From a virus, in IMG/VR virus record IMGVR_UViG_3300031576_000016, positions 29,579-93,578 of that record: a stretch of 64,000 nucleotides of DNA. One strand, 5' to 3'. The position numbers were made by a program, and so were the translations under genes. The notes under the pieces were generated by a model. The model worked only from the letters and a program-made list of their open reading frames with translations, did not search any database and had not been told where the DNA came from. Shown here one piece after another: positions 29,212 through 39,745 of this stretch. Position 1 is the first letter of the stretch; every line of letters begins with the position of its first letter.

Positions 29212-30681
29212 ATGCCATTCGTTTTTTGGGCTGATATTGGATTGCCGCCGAGCGGCGGGCGAAGCCCGTATCGGGTCATCCCATCGCCGTTCGTGCAAAT
29301 CTCGAAAGGCTTCAATGTCACCGACGACGGTCGCATTGTCGGCACGACATTCCAAATCACCGTCAAGGGAAAGCTCACGGCTGACAAAGGGTCGCCCAAC
29401 TCGACCGGTCAATTTTGGGACACGACGGGCTATCCGCCTGATGAGAGCATTGCCAGCGACTCCCGGCTCGCGTCCATCTTCCGAAAGCAAGAGGCACTGC
29501 GGACGTTGTTCTCCGCGCAGAACCAGGGCGGCAAGTTGGAGTTCACTCCCTGGGATGGCACCGGTTCGATGCACTGCAATCCGCGCATCACGCGGCCGGT
29601 GGAGTTTGCTGAAGGCAACTGGTTCAATACCTGTGATTACACAGTTCAACTTGAAGCTGATTTGCTGTATCTCAACGGCTCGGTTCCAGGAAGCGGCGAG
29701 GACTATGGTGATGCCGCCAGCTACAAGGTCTCGAAGGCGACTGAGGAGTGGAACATCGAGGCTGGCGATGAACGAGCCCGGACCTGGCGAATGACACATA
29801 GCGTGTCCGCGCAGGGCAAGCTTTTTTACAGCCCATCCGGAACGCTCGACAAAACGCCGTGGGAAAATGCCCGCGACTATGTCATTGGCAAGATTGGCCT
29901 GGGAGCAAACCTGGCTCGGGCGACCGCAACCGGCGTCCTCAATGCTGGCGGGCTCAAGGCTTACAACCACATGCGCAGCCAGCACGTCAACGAGCTTGGC
30001 GGCGGCTTCTCGGTGACCGAGACCTGGTTGTGTTATGACCCAGGCAGCGGCATCCCGGCGATGGAGGACTTCACGGTCAACATCCGCACGGCGGACAATG
30101 GCATTACCCATGTGTCGTGTGAGGGAAGCGTGGTTGGCTTCGAGGAGCGCAGCACGGATTGGTTCACGCTGAATACGGCTCGCTACACGAATGCGACCGG
30201 GCAGTGGGCGGCAGTCAAGCCGATAGTGTTCAGTCGTTGTCAGACGATTTCTGGCCTCACGCTGAACCCGCTTCCGTTGTCGCTGACAGAGGCTCATAAC
30301 CAATACAACGGCACGGTCAACTACACGCAGGAATATGACAACCGCGCTGTGCCGACAATTGTAGGTGCCATCAGCGAAGTTGTCACACTACAGGACCATC
30401 ACGCCGCCGACGTGTTCGCTTCGATTCCAGTGTTGGGTCGAGCCCTGGGTCCAGTCTTGCAAAACATCGGCACCAAGACCGCGCGGAAGCGCGTTGTGCA
30501 GCTTGAGATTGTTATGCCGGCAGCGCGGATTGGATATTCGCCGAGCGTGCCGAATACCAACGCATTGGTGTTGTCGCTGATGCCCGTTGGCTACTCGGTC
30601 ATCTTCATGGACAGCGACGACGAAACATGGGTCGCTCGCACTGGACGGTACACGAGGAGCACCAGCTTCACCTGGGAATAA
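29212..30681 (+). CDS. Distal tail/baseplate-type protein
   Basis: First gene after the TMP; beta-rich with repeated tube-like domains. Confidence 0.6.
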   Translation: MPFVFWADIGLPPSGGRSPYRVIPSPFVQISKGFNVTDDGRIVGTTFQITVKGKLTADKGSPNSTGQFWDTTGYPPDESIASDSRLASIFRKQEALRTLFSAQNQGGKLEFTPWDGTGSMHCNPRITRPVEFAEGNWFNTCDYTVQLEADLLYLNGSVPGSGEDYGDAASYKVSKATEEWNIEAGDERARTWRMTHSVSAQGKLFYSPSGTLDKTPWENARDYVIGKIGLGANLARATATGVLNAGGLKAYNHMRSQHVNELGGGFSVTETWLCYDPGSGIPAMEDFTVNIRTADNGITHVSCEGSVVGFEERSTDWFTLNTARYTNATGQWAAVKPIVFSRCQTISGLTLNPLPLSLTEAHNQYNGTVNYTQEYDNRAVPTIVGAISEVVTLQDHHAADVFASIPVLGRALGPVLQNIGTKTARKRVVQLEIVMPAARIGYSPSVPNTNALVLSLMPVGYSVIFMDSDDETWVARTGRYTRSTSFTWE

Positions 30682-30684
30682 CGG

Positions 30685-33600
30685 ATGCCTTTTACTCGTA
30701 CAACATTTCTTGGGGCCAGCATTCGTGGATTCAATACCGCGATTGGTTGGAACGGCCAACAAAGCACACTGACGGTGCAGTTGGTTGTTGACCCGCTGAA
30801 CGGCGACGTGTTCAATCCGCCGCCGGTGGGTACGCCCATTTATTTCCAGGTTGGTTACTTCTACTTTTTCGGTCTCCTACAAAAATGGGAGAAGAAGAAC
30901 GACAAAGACGGACTCCCTACATATGAAGCCGTCTGTGTGGACCCGAAGGAAATTCTCGATGGTGCCCAGGTCATCCTCGGCGGCTACAGCGGCACGACTA
31001 CTGGCATCCCAAATCTCTACAACGCTTTTGGGTTTTGGGAATCGACCGGCTTCGGCAACTCGTATACGAACGAAAGTGGTATGCCGTGGTTCCGAGCTAT
31101 GTCGGCTCTCACCACGATGGCCAACACTTTTGGCGGCACGCCGTTTGGCGGGCCACTCAATTTTCGCGGCTACACCTACAGTCTCGACCTGAGCCGACTG
31201 CCAGTTCCGCCGAGCTACTATCGCGTCGGCAATGTGTCAGCCAGCGTGCTCGAACTCATCCAGCAGATATGTGAGGACGCTCAGTGCGACTTCACAGTGG
31301 AGTTGTTCGGCTACCAGATTCGTATTCGTACTGTCAGCCGTTTCGCCCAGCCGCCGCTCGGCACCATCAACGCCATCACGAGCACCAATTGGGGCGGTAC
31401 GGTCGTTCGTTCCAACAGTGGCCTCGAATGCCGCAACGAACTGACAACGGCCTTCCTGGTCGGCGGCGATGTCAACACCCTGTATGAGACACAGGGCATT
31501 GTGCAATTCTGGGGCTATGACCTTGCCGGTTCCCCGCTCACTGGCACGGATACCTATTTCTGGTATCCGCGCATGGTTCTCAATCCGCCGGCTCCGGCCT
31601 ATGCGGTTGATGCCAAGAAGCGTTTCCCTGTGCCGGTCATCTCTGCCACTCGTCCAGCAGATTGGGACGCCTACCGTTGGCCTGACCCTGCTCCAACAGG
31701 GCCTGGTACTCAGAACGGCTACATCTGGGCTCGCAAGTCGCTGCGGATTACCGCAGCCACGAACGCTACCCCCATTGTTGTGACAACGGCAGAGCCGCAC
31801 TTATTCACAACCGGAACAAAGGTCACAGTTGCTGGTTGCCTTGGCAACACAGCCGCTAATGGTGCCGCCTGGGTCATCACCTATCGCACAGCGACTTCTT
31901 TTTCTCTGGACACATCGGCTGGCAACGGCAACTACACAGGCAGTGGAACTGTCATTTGGGACACGGTCGGTGCTGGCATTCCGGCCGGCGTTGTCAACAT
32001 TGGTCGCTTCACCTGGAGCAATCAACGTCAAGGCGGCGAGCTTCTCCAGGGCGAGAGCATGACTCTGAACGCGACCGCCGTCGCGGGCATTCTTGGCAGC
32101 ACGACCTACGACTGTAGCACGTTCGAGATGCGGTGTGCTCAGGCGAACATGGAGTCCTGGTCGAGCTACATGCACGCAGTCCGACCGGATATGGCTCAAC
32201 GGATTGGCCTGACGAGCCGCGTGCGAAACATGCACCCGGTTGAAGGCGTGGTGCTGCCGCGCGATGCTTTCAACGATGATGCAGCGGCTGTTCAACGTCG
32301 GCAACTGATGGCTGTGCAGGGTGACCTCGCACAAAAAGAAGTGGCGATGTGGCAATTCGTCAAGAGCCGCGCTGACGAGTTCATGGGCAAGAAGTTCCTG
32401 GTTGGCTTGCCATTCATTTTGCAGGCTCAGGACCCGGAGACGCTGCATCTGAAGTCGAGCTACAAGGTCACCGATGCCGGCTATCTGCCTGAAGGTGCCA
32501 CACCGCTCGGACTCACGTCGCTCAACGAAGACACGTTCAAGACGCAAGATGGGCGGTTCAAAGCGTTCGTCAAGTTCGACAACCTGGTTGGTGCTGACTT
32601 CGAGAAGATTTCCGCCCAGGGCACGGTGGTCGAGAACAACGTCCTCTTCATGGATGTGCAGGTCCAGCCGAATATCGTGTTCGCGCCGGCCCCGTCTGCC
32701 GTTGTGACATTGAGCGGCCCATTGCTCGACAAGGTCGATAGCGGCGTCACTGGCGACATGAGCATCATAGCGGCGATTCTTCAGATGAATCCGCCGCAAG
32801 CTCAGCAGGTATTGCAAGCCGGTCAGCAGGGAACGGTGGGTGTGCGGTGCTCGCCGCGAACACGCAACCCCGCTGCCATTGCTGTTCCTCTGCAAAGCAA
32901 CATCATGACCTATGGGCCGTGGTGGGCCGTAGGCGCGCCTGGCAAGGTGAAGTTCGAGCACGACCAGGGTCTGACGCCGTGGAACTACGGCAGCTACACG
33001 AACATGGCCAATGCCGGCCTCGCGCGTGTCGGCACCATCATCAGCACCATGCAGGTCTCGGAAGCTGGCACGATTGAACTCGCCGGCGCTCCAATGCGGC
33101 CAATGGGCGGCATGTTCAGCCTGGGCGACGTGCTCAGTGCCAACGGGCCGAACATGACGAACATGGACGTGAACTACAACACCAATGGTGTCACGACCTC
33201 GTTCCACTTCAAGACATACACTCCGCGTTTCGGCGTGTTCACCAAGGGCTACACAGAGCGGCTGAAGAAGCTCGGTCAGACGGCCCAGGAACTGCGTCGG
33301 GCAATGCGACTGTCGTTCAAGGAACAACAGGAAGTCCAGACTGCCCAGGGCGAGGCTGCTCGAACAAACAGGCGCTTCTTGGAAGGCGCGCCGCCGGCCG
33401 TTCTTCGCGAGTCGCCGAGTGAGCTATTCGTGGCTCGTCTATTTCACGACCCCAATGGCGGGGCAACCCGCGTGGGCGTAGCCGTCACAACGACCAAGGA
33501 AGGCTTGGAGTTCGTCAACGCTGCCACAGATGGCATCCGTGATGCGAAGGCTGATGAAGCATACCAGTCCACGGCTGCAATGGACCTGGCCGGCTTGTTC

Positions 33601-36222
33601 CGGCCGTTTTCGACGCGGCACAACGCGAAGTTCATGTCGCATTACCAGGACCCTACCCTTCACTGCTCAGTTGACCGTTACTCATTGGACCCCTGGAAGG
33701 ACTACAATGATATCGAAGCATTCCTATGGGGTGAGGAATATGAGGGGCTTCACGCATATCGACGTGGTGTTCGTAGAGATGCTCGTGCTGTCGGGCTCCG
33801 TGCGCCATTGGTCATGAGCGGCTGGGGTTACGATACCGATGGTAGGCCAACTCCACGTCTCGAAGGCGTTATTGTTGGCATTAGTGGTGGCTGTCCATAT
33901 GTCGTTTATAGTCCAGGGCACGGTCTCGCTAGTGGCTATAAGCTTTTCATTTCCGAATCGAGCAACACCACAATCAACGACCGCGAGTGGCCGGTCACAG
34001 TTATTGATGCTGACTACTTTGAGCTTACTGGCTCTTGTGTCAGTCCGGATGATAGCAGTAGTAGTTATAGCGGGTCGGAATCGTGGTCTTCTAATAGCTC
34101 ATCGAGTTCTGTTTCAGCTTCTTCTGATTCGTCGCTGAGTTCTTCTTCGACTTACTCTTCGAGTTCTACTTCAAGTTCGAGTAGCTCTGCTTCGAGTGAC
34201 AGTGACTCTTCCGCTTCGAGTATGTCCGATGCGTCCTCGGGCTCTACTGGTAGCAGCGAGTCGTCCTCCAGTGTACTCAATACGTCCGAGTCCAGCTATA
34301 CACAGAGCAGTAGTTCGTCCTGGAGCACTTCGAGCGATTCGTCGTCTACGTCGCTTTCGTCTTCGTCCGACTCCAGCTTCAGTTCGGTGAGCAATGCGTC
34401 TTCTGATAGCACCGAGTCACAAAGCTCTCTGTCTGAGTCGTCGTTGTCAAAAGAGACAACGTCACTTGGTATCTGGGTTGCTCTCGATTGGGAACCGGGC
34501 ACGCTATATCATTCGGAAAAGTGGAAGACAGGACCATACGATGCGATGTGGGACGCAAGGCGTGGCGTGTGGACTTCGCACGATATCGTGAAGGGCGTAG
34601 CCTCAAGCGCAATCCCTGGCGATATGGGAGGCGCAGCCAATGTCGTTGTGTGGCATAATCACGATGAAGCCACGTCATGGACTATGCAGTGTTGGAACTG
34701 GATGGAAGAAGATATTCCATCGGGCGCAAGGGTCTACTGCATGTACAATGTGGTGGATAATAGGTGGTATGCGTTCAGTAGCTCGGTCCCGGAGGAAGAT
34801 ACTTCGTCTAGTAGCTCACAGAGCAGCCAATCCAACTCGTCAGAGTCTTCCAGCACTCTATCGTCCATATCAAGTTCGACTGAGTCTTCCGCATCATCAC
34901 CAAGTGGATGTGGAGACTGCTACGCATTGCCTGACTGCTGGGCAGTTACTTTTGATGGCCTGGTCAATAGAAATTGTCAAGGGGATTCGTCCAGTAGTAA
35001 TGTGTACTTTGAGCCGGGCTCGGAAGTGCCAAATGGCTGCGGTCAATTCAATGATACGTTCGTCATGGAACGAACCGCTTTCTGCCAATGGGACTCAAAT
35101 CCAATTTGGACTGGATGCGGTGCTGACCCGCGACAAGTTCGACTTGAGTATGGCGTAGACCCAGATGGCATTTCTCCGGATATTGGTTGGTATCTTTGGA
35201 TTCCGGGCTCCAGTGTTCTAAGTGAAGTCGTCTACTTCATGGAAGAGGACCTATGGGATTGCACCGGCGTGAATATGATGGTGCAACTCAGAACTGCACC
35301 ACCGTTAGATGTTGATTGTAAGCCTTGGCCGCTTACTGTCATAGTTTCAGCTGTTTCCTGCTTTGACCTTGACTCTAGCAGTTCGTCGTCATACTCTTCT
35401 AGTTCGTCTTCATCAAGCTACACACAAACGAGTTCGTCTTCGCCTTCGAGTTCTAGTTCCGATTCGACATCTGCCTCATCTACGTCTATGTCGAGTTCGA
35501 CGCAAAGCTCTGGGTCTGAAAGCTCTGTATCAGAATCGTCGTCTAACTCAACATCTTCGGCATCGTCTGTTAGCTCGATGTCTGAAAGCTCAGCGTCGGA
35601 ATCAACAGCATCATCTGATTCGACTTCGTCGGGCTCGTCAAGTTCTTCGTCGAGTTCGCAAAGTTCGCAATCAGAATCCTCGGCGTCTGAGTCCTCAAAT
35701 TCAGAATCTACTGCGTCGTCTCATAGCACTGATTCTTCGTCCACGGCCTCTTCTACGAGTTCAGCATCGACGGTTGTCTCAAATTCGTCCTGGAGTAGCA
35801 CATCGTCAAGTCTAGCAAATTCTGAATCTAGTCAATCCGTTTCCGGTGAAGGATGTATCCTCTACGGACCGCCGGCTACGGTATCGAATGGTTGGCTAAG
35901 ACTTCAAAAATATGGCGTAAGCGTGGTTGATGGAGAACTTGTTTGTGTCAATTCGGGCTTTGACGAAATTTATGTGTGTTGCAATAATGGTGAAGACAAC
36001 AGTAGTTCGAGTTCGCATAGCATCTCTTCGCCGAGCAGCTTGACAAGCGGTAGTTCGCAGAGTCGTTCTGGCGGACATGATTTTGATAATCCTCATAGCA
36101 TCCGTGGCAACATACAACTTGCTTTTGTGCCTTCTGAAGCCAACGAAGCCAAAAAAGTTTTCATTGGCATTGTGCCGATGGCAAACGTAGAATTTGATGA
36201 CGATGAGTCGTCAGGAGTATAA
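30685..36222 (+). CDS. Tail tip/hub protein with beta-barrel, Cys-rich and poly-Ser regions (1845 aa)
   Basis: Hub-like N-terminus (SVLELIQQICEDAQCDF). Two ITAATNATPIVVT..H-type barrels (about 31747-31953 and 33871-34035), four Ser tracts, and a Cys-rich domain at about 34906-35362. Confidence 0.7.
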   Translation: MPFTRTTFLGASIRGFNTAIGWNGQQSTLTVQLVVDPLNGDVFNPPPVGTPIYFQVGYFYFFGLLQKWEKKNDKDGLPTYEAVCVDPKEILDGAQVILGGYSGTTTGIPNLYNAFGFWESTGFGNSYTNESGMPWFRAMSALTTMANTFGGTPFGGPLNFRGYTYSLDLSRLPVPPSYYRVGNVSASVLELIQQICEDAQCDFTVELFGYQIRIRTVSRFAQPPLGTINAITSTNWGGTVVRSNSGLECRNELTTAFLVGGDVNTLYETQGIVQFWGYDLAGSPLTGTDTYFWYPRMVLNPPAPAYAVDAKKRFPVPVISATRPADWDAYRWPDPAPTGPGTQNGYIWARKSLRITAATNATPIVVTTAEPHLFTTGTKVTVAGCLGNTAANGAAWVITYRTATSFSLDTSAGNGNYTGSGTVIWDTVGAGIPAGVVNIGRFTWSNQRQGGELLQGESMTLNATAVAGILGSTTYDCSTFEMRCAQANMESWSSYMHAVRPDMAQRIGLTSRVRNMHPVEGVVLPRDAFNDDAAAVQRRQLMAVQGDLAQKEVAMWQFVKSRADEFMGKKFLVGLPFILQAQDPETLHLKSSYKVTDAGYLPEGATPLGLTSLNEDTFKTQDGRFKAFVKFDNLVGADFEKISAQGTVVENNVLFMDVQVQPNIVFAPAPSAVVTLSGPLLDKVDSGVTGDMSIIAAILQMNPPQAQQVLQAGQQGTVGVRCSPRTRNPAAIAVPLQSNIMTYGPWWAVGAPGKVKFEHDQGLTPWNYGSYTNMANAGLARVGTIISTMQVSEAGTIELAGAPMRPMGGMFSLGDVLSANGPNMTNMDVNYNTNGVTTSFHFKTYTPRFGVFTKGYTERLKKLGQTAQELRRAMRLSFKEQQEVQTAQGEAARTNRRFLEGAPPAVLRESPSELFVARLFHDPNGGATRVGVAVTTTKEGLEFVNAATDGIRDAKADEAYQSTAAMDLAGLFRPFSTRHNAKFMSHYQDPTLHCSVDRYSLDPWKDYNDIEAFLWGEEYEGLHAYRRGVRRDARAVGLRAPLVMSGWGYDTDGRPTPRLEGVIVGISGGCPYVVYSPGHGLASGYKLFISESSNTTINDREWPVTVIDADYFELTGSCVSPDDSSSSYSGSESWSSNSSSSSVSASSDSSLSSSSTYSSSSTSSSSSSASSDSDSSASSMSDASSGSTGSSESSSSVLNTSESSYTQSSSSSWSTSSDSSSTSLSSSSDSSFSSVSNASSDSTESQSSLSESSLSKETTSLGIWVALDWEPGTLYHSEKWKTGPYDAMWDARRGVWTSHDIVKGVASSAIPGDMGGAANVVVWHNHDEATSWTMQCWNWMEEDIPSGARVYCMYNVVDNRWYAFSSSVPEEDTSSSSSQSSQSNSSESSSTLSSISSSTESSASSPSGCGDCYALPDCWAVTFDGLVNRNCQGDSSSSNVYFEPGSEVPNGCGQFNDTFVMERTAFCQWDSNPIWTGCGADPRQVRLEYGVDPDGISPDIGWYLWIPGSSVLSEVVYFMEEDLWDCTGVNMMVQLRTAPPLDVDCKPWPLTVIVSAVSCFDLDSSSSSSYSSSSSSSSYTQTSSSSPSSSSSDSTSASSTSMSSSTQSSGSESSVSESSSNSTSSASSVSSMSESSASESTASSDSTSSGSSSSSSSSQSSQSESSASESSNSESTASSHSTDSSSTASSTSSASTVVSNSSWSSTSSSLANSESSQSVSGEGCILYGPPATVSNGWLRLQKYGVSVVDGELVCVNSGFDEIYVCCNNGEDNSSSSSHSISSPSSLTSGSSQSRSGGHDFDNPHSIRGNIQLAFVPSEANEAKKVFIGIVPMANVEFDDDESSGV
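34048..34464 (+). repeat. Poly-serine low-complexity tract
   Basis: About 140 aa, mostly Ser, encoded by mixed TCN/AGY codons. Confidence 0.9.
35371..35844 (+). repeat. Poly-serine low-complexity tract
   Basis: About 158 aa, mostly Ser with some Thr/Glu/Ala. Shorter tracts at about 34801-34905 and 36001-36069. Confidence 0.9.
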
Positions 36223-36225
36223 ATT

Positions 36226-36858
36226 ATGTCAGTGCCAATCATTGTCACATATCAGGGCGAGCAACTAGCTCTCCGAAAAATGTTTCAGTTGAATGACGGC
36301 GGCGTTGGTTACGGCGCTGCGTTCTTCCTGATTCGACTGTTCACCAACAACATCGTCCCAACAAAAGACCATATTTGGAGTGATTTTACAGAAGCCGCTT
36401 ATTCTGGCTACGCAATCGAAACATTTGCTCCTGGCAACTTTACGATTCCAGCCACGGTTGACGGCTTGACATTTACTGTAGCTGACAAAGCGATGTTTCA
36501 GCACAATGGCGGTGCCACAGCAGAAGTTGTCTACGGATGGCTCATGGAGTACGCTTGTCCTGGCTACCCAAGCGGAAGTATTGCAACGCCTACTTTTCGG
36601 CACTTGGTTTGTGCCCAACGTTTTGCTGAGCCAAAAACAATGGCTGCCGTCAGCGATATTATCATCGTTGATTTGAAGTATTACGCTTGCATTGCTTGTC
36701 CAGAAGACCCGGAGAGTTACGGCAACCTATCTTCTCTGTCTCGGTCTTCAAGTTCAAGTTCTTCTTCGTCTAGCTCTTCTAGCACTTCGAGTTCTTCTAG
36801 CTCGACTGCTTCTAGTGATTCTTCATCCGCATCGTCGGAATCATCATCGGTTTTGTAA
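36226..36858 (+). CDS. Virion structural protein with C-terminal poly-Ser tail
   Basis: IRLFTNNIVP....FTEAAYSGYA motif seen in tail-associated proteins; the last 40 or so residues are almost all Ser. Confidence 0.65.
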   Translation: MSVPIIVTYQGEQLALRKMFQLNDGGVGYGAAFFLIRLFTNNIVPTKDHIWSDFTEAAYSGYAIETFAPGNFTIPATVDGLTFTVADKAMFQHNGGATAEVVYGWLMEYACPGYPSGSIATPTFRHLVCAQRFAEPKTMAAVSDIIIVDLKYYACIACPEDPESYGNLSSLSRSSSSSSSSSSSSSTSSSSSSTASSDSSSASSESSSVL

Positions 36859-37533
36859 ATGGCACACATCATCATTCCGGCTCGTCTTCATTCTGTTCGC
36901 TTCCCTCGCAAGTTGCTCGCGCACTTTCGCGGCAAACCAGTTCTCCAGCATACTTGGGAGGCCGCTAAAGCGACCGGCTTAGATGTTGCAATAGCTACGG
37001 CTGATACGGAAATAGCCGAAGCTGCGCTTCGGTGGGGAGCCGAGGTCTACATGACTGGCAGATATAAAGATGGCACCAGCCGCGTAGCGGCTCTTGCCGC
37101 AACTCTCAATTTGGAGTGCGTTATCAATTTGCAAGGAGACGAGCCAACCGTCAAACCGGAAGATTTGCTAAGACTCGCCGAGTTCATGCGGACTCATCAC
37201 GAGTATTATATGGTGACTCTGGCTGCACCATTCGGATTTGGCCAAAATTACGACGACCGCAACCTAGTCAAGGTGACATCAGCCGGTTACCGAGCCCTTT
37301 ACTTCAGCCGGGCTCCAATCGAAGGTGCCATGAAACACGTCGGTGTGTATGGGTTTCATTGCCCCATCCCGCCACGAGATGAGCAATCACCACTGACGAT
37401 TGCCGAAGGTCTCGAACAAATGTTTTGGCTTGAAAGCGGCGTGCGTATCGGTGTCTTGAAAGTGGACGAGCCAACTTACGCGGTGGACGTTCCCGAGGAT
37501 TTGAAATGGTTAGAGACCCACGCGAATGCGTGA
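36859..37533 (+). CDS. kdsB: CMP-Kdo synthetase-like cytidylyltransferase
   Basis: IIIPARLHSVRFPRKLL, GTSRV, INLQGDEP, ALYFSRAPI, HVGVYGF, EGLEQ, VDVPEDL. Confidence 0.9.
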   Translation: MAHIIIPARLHSVRFPRKLLAHFRGKPVLQHTWEAAKATGLDVAIATADTEIAEAALRWGAEVYMTGRYKDGTSRVAALAATLNLECVINLQGDEPTVKPEDLLRLAEFMRTHHEYYMVTLAAPFGFGQNYDDRNLVKVTSAGYRALYFSRAPIEGAMKHVGVYGFHCPIPPRDEQSPLTIAEGLEQMFWLESGVRIGVLKVDEPTYAVDVPEDLKWLETHANA

Positions 37534-38534
37534 ACCTTGGGCCAATCATAGGCACCAGGATATTTTCCGGCGGCGGGGCTGAAGCAGTTCATGCTTGCAA
37601 AGACCAGTCCATCAAAGAGACAACCTGGCCTCAGTGCGAGAAGTGTCCACTCTTCTGCACATCGGCTGCCACAACGCCAAACAACAAGCCAAAAAAGACC
37701 AAGGTTGCACCGGAGCCGCCTACAGGCTTGATTGTGAATCAGGCCAAGCAGGTCATGCCGCTTGCGAATACTTGGTCCAATGGCCATATCTTCCTGACTC
37801 TGTCCGGGCCAAGCCTGAAGCTTGTGCCACCGGAGGCCATGACAGAGCGCGGCATCGTTTCGTTCGGCGTCAACAACTCGGCAACTGTCATTCGTCCTAC
37901 ATTCTGGACCTATGGCGACAAGGGCGACAAATTCCACAACGTTATCTGGGAAGACCCGGGCATCATCAAATTTATGCCGGTACGCGGCTGGCATAAAAAG
38001 CATCCGCATATGGTTCGTAACAAGAACTCGGACGGAAGCTTCGCGACAACAGATAAGCAGGGAAGGTTCATGCCAGGCGTGCTGGGCTATGAACGCAACG
38101 CCGTCTTCAACCCTGCCGTGTGGCTTCATGAACCAACCTGCAATTGGGGCAACTCCAAGAAGGCTGCTGAAGAGAATAAGCTGCCCCACATTCTAAACAT
38201 CATGTTCGTCGTATTCCGCCTGAGCTATTACCTTGGTTTCCGACACATATATCTCTTGGGCTGCGACTTCAATATGGTCGTGGACCAGCCTTATGCGTTC
38301 GACGAGAACAAGAATCCGGGGGCCTGCACCAGCAATAACGGCACGTACCTCAAGCTCAACTATATGTTTTCCCTGCTGAAACCACATTTCGATGAGGTCG
38401 GCCTTCAAGTGTTCAATTGCACGCCAGGGTCCGGTTTCCGAACTTTTTCACAACTGCCATTCAAGGAGGCAATGGACAATGCCAAACGAAACGTCCCCGC
38501 AACCATCGACACCAAGGGCTGGTATGATTCGTGA
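37506..38534 (+). CDS. Maf/DUF115-like (sialyltransferase-like fold) transferase with a Cys-rich N-terminus
   Basis: SGPSL, FGVNN, LGFRHIYLLGCDF and VFNCTPGS motifs. Confidence 0.65.
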   Translation: MVRDPRECVNLGPIIGTRIFSGGGAEAVHACKDQSIKETTWPQCEKCPLFCTSAATTPNNKPKKTKVAPEPPTGLIVNQAKQVMPLANTWSNGHIFLTLSGPSLKLVPPEAMTERGIVSFGVNNSATVIRPTFWTYGDKGDKFHNVIWEDPGIIKFMPVRGWHKKHPHMVRNKNSDGSFATTDKQGRFMPGVLGYERNAVFNPAVWLHEPTCNWGNSKKAAEENKLPHILNIMFVVFRLSYYLGFRHIYLLGCDFNMVVDQPYAFDENKNPGACTSNNGTYLKLNYMFSLLKPHFDEVGLQVFNCTPGSGFRTFSQLPFKEAMDNAKRNVPATIDTKGWYDS

Positions 38535-38739
38535 CCATGTTGCGAAGGTAACCAGTGCCAACAACTATATGGTTGTGACTTACGTGTTGGTAGACGGTGT
38601 CCTCAAGATGAACCGTTTCACCAGCAACTTTCCCAAGGGCGATTTCAATCGCTCGTTGACCCTGCTCCAGAACAACCTGACAGAGGAACTGGAGAAGGAC
38701 CAGATGAAGGTAAAAAATGATGAGCCGAAGCCTGGATAA
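38524..38739 (+). CDS. Hypothetical protein
   Basis: Overlapping, coupled ORF starting at ATG 38524. Confidence 0.55.
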   Translation: MIRDHVAKVTSANNYMVVTYVLVDGVLKMNRFTSNFPKGDFNRSLTLLQNNLTEELEKDQMKVKNDEPKPG

Positions 38740-39061
38740 GGTTTGGGGCGTGGACCACACGCTCTACAGTTCCGGCGTTGCCGAACTTCATGTCCTTGAG
38801 ATGAAGAAGGGCGGCTACACATCCAATCATCTTCATCGTGTCCGCGCCAGTTACCTTCGAGTTATCGAGGGGGTGCTGAAGGTCAAGATTCACTATGACC
38901 ACCTGGTCATTACCAGGGCTCTGGAAATCGGGCAAGACATCACTATTCCGCTGGGGTATATCCACCAGCTTGAAGCGGTTACCGACTGCAAGGTGTTGGA
39001 GCTATACGAACCGAATCAGGATGGTGACATTGAGCGGTTCGACGAAGGGGGCGTGAAGTGA
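38717..39061 (+). CDS. Cupin-domain sugar isomerase/epimerase
   Basis: KVWG, SNHLH, IPLGYIHQL, DIERF. Confidence 0.75.
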   Translation: MMSRSLDKVWGVDHTLYSSGVAELHVLEMKKGGYTSNHLHRVRASYLRVIEGVLKVKIHYDHLVITRALEIGQDITIPLGYIHQLEAVTDCKVLELYEPNQDGDIERFDEGGVK

Positions 39062-39744
39062 TTGACTTCACAACCTTTCTTGCCGTCGATAGGCACCACC
39101 TAAAGGAGCTTCGTCATGTGTGGCCTGGGTGGATGCGGTATCGGCCTGAGCTACTGCAACGGCCGCTCATCATTGCTCGCGATGCTCCCATAGCTCCAGC
39201 GGAGCTTGACTTCCTCGAACATCCGAACATGAGGAGCTATGCCTGGAACTATGATGGTGACCAGCGCCGCAAGATGCTGGCAAGCTTTGTGCTGCTGGCT
39301 CCGCGCGTGGTGCAGACACCGTGGTTCCTGAAGCTTGATACGGATGTGATTGCCACACAAGCAAACGCTTCGTGGTGCAGTGAGGATTTGATAGCGGGCT
39401 CGCCAGCGTTTGTGTCGAATCCGTGGGGTTACACAAAGCCGGCCACAGCTATCAATACTTTGGACGATTGGGGAGATACGGTTCCGGAGCTTGCCAAGTT
39501 TGGACGATTGAAACTACCGTTCGACCCAACTGCCACACTTGTCAAGACTCCGGGACGGATTATCTCCTGGTGCTTCTTCGGACGCACCGATTGGTGTTCG
39601 TGGGCAGCCGGCCTATGCAACTGCAACCTTCCTGTTCCGAGCCATGACACATACCTCTGGTATGTCGCTCGACGCAGCGATGCCAAGTTCACAACCGTCA
39701 AAATGACAACCTTCGGATGGTCGCATCAGCGACTGAAAGTCTAG
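39058..39744 (+). CDS. Putative GT-A glycosyltransferase
   Basis: TPWFLKLDTD (DxD) in a GT cluster. Confidence 0.55.
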   Translation: MIDFTTFLAVDRHHLKELRHVWPGWMRYRPELLQRPLIIARDAPIAPAELDFLEHPNMRSYAWNYDGDQRRKMLASFVLLAPRVVQTPWFLKLDTDVIATQANASWCSEDLIAGSPAFVSNPWGYTKPATAINTLDDWGDTVPELAKFGRLKLPFDPTATLVKTPGRIISWCFFGRTDWCSWAAGLCNCNLPVPSHDTYLWYVARRSDAKFTTVKMTTFGWSHQRLKV

Positions 39745-39745
39745 C

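Noticed and set aside
28231-30303. Long antisense ORFs (690 aa here; also 25540..27174, 31801..33327, 5832..7103, 1827..3011)
   Set aside because: They shadow well-supported + strand genes with biased codon use and show no motifs.
34048-36849. Ser tracts as DNA microsatellites, CRISPR arrays or assembly artefacts
   Set aside because: Codons are mixed TCN/AGY with no fixed repeat unit or spacers, and the frame is preserved, so the repeat is at protein level.
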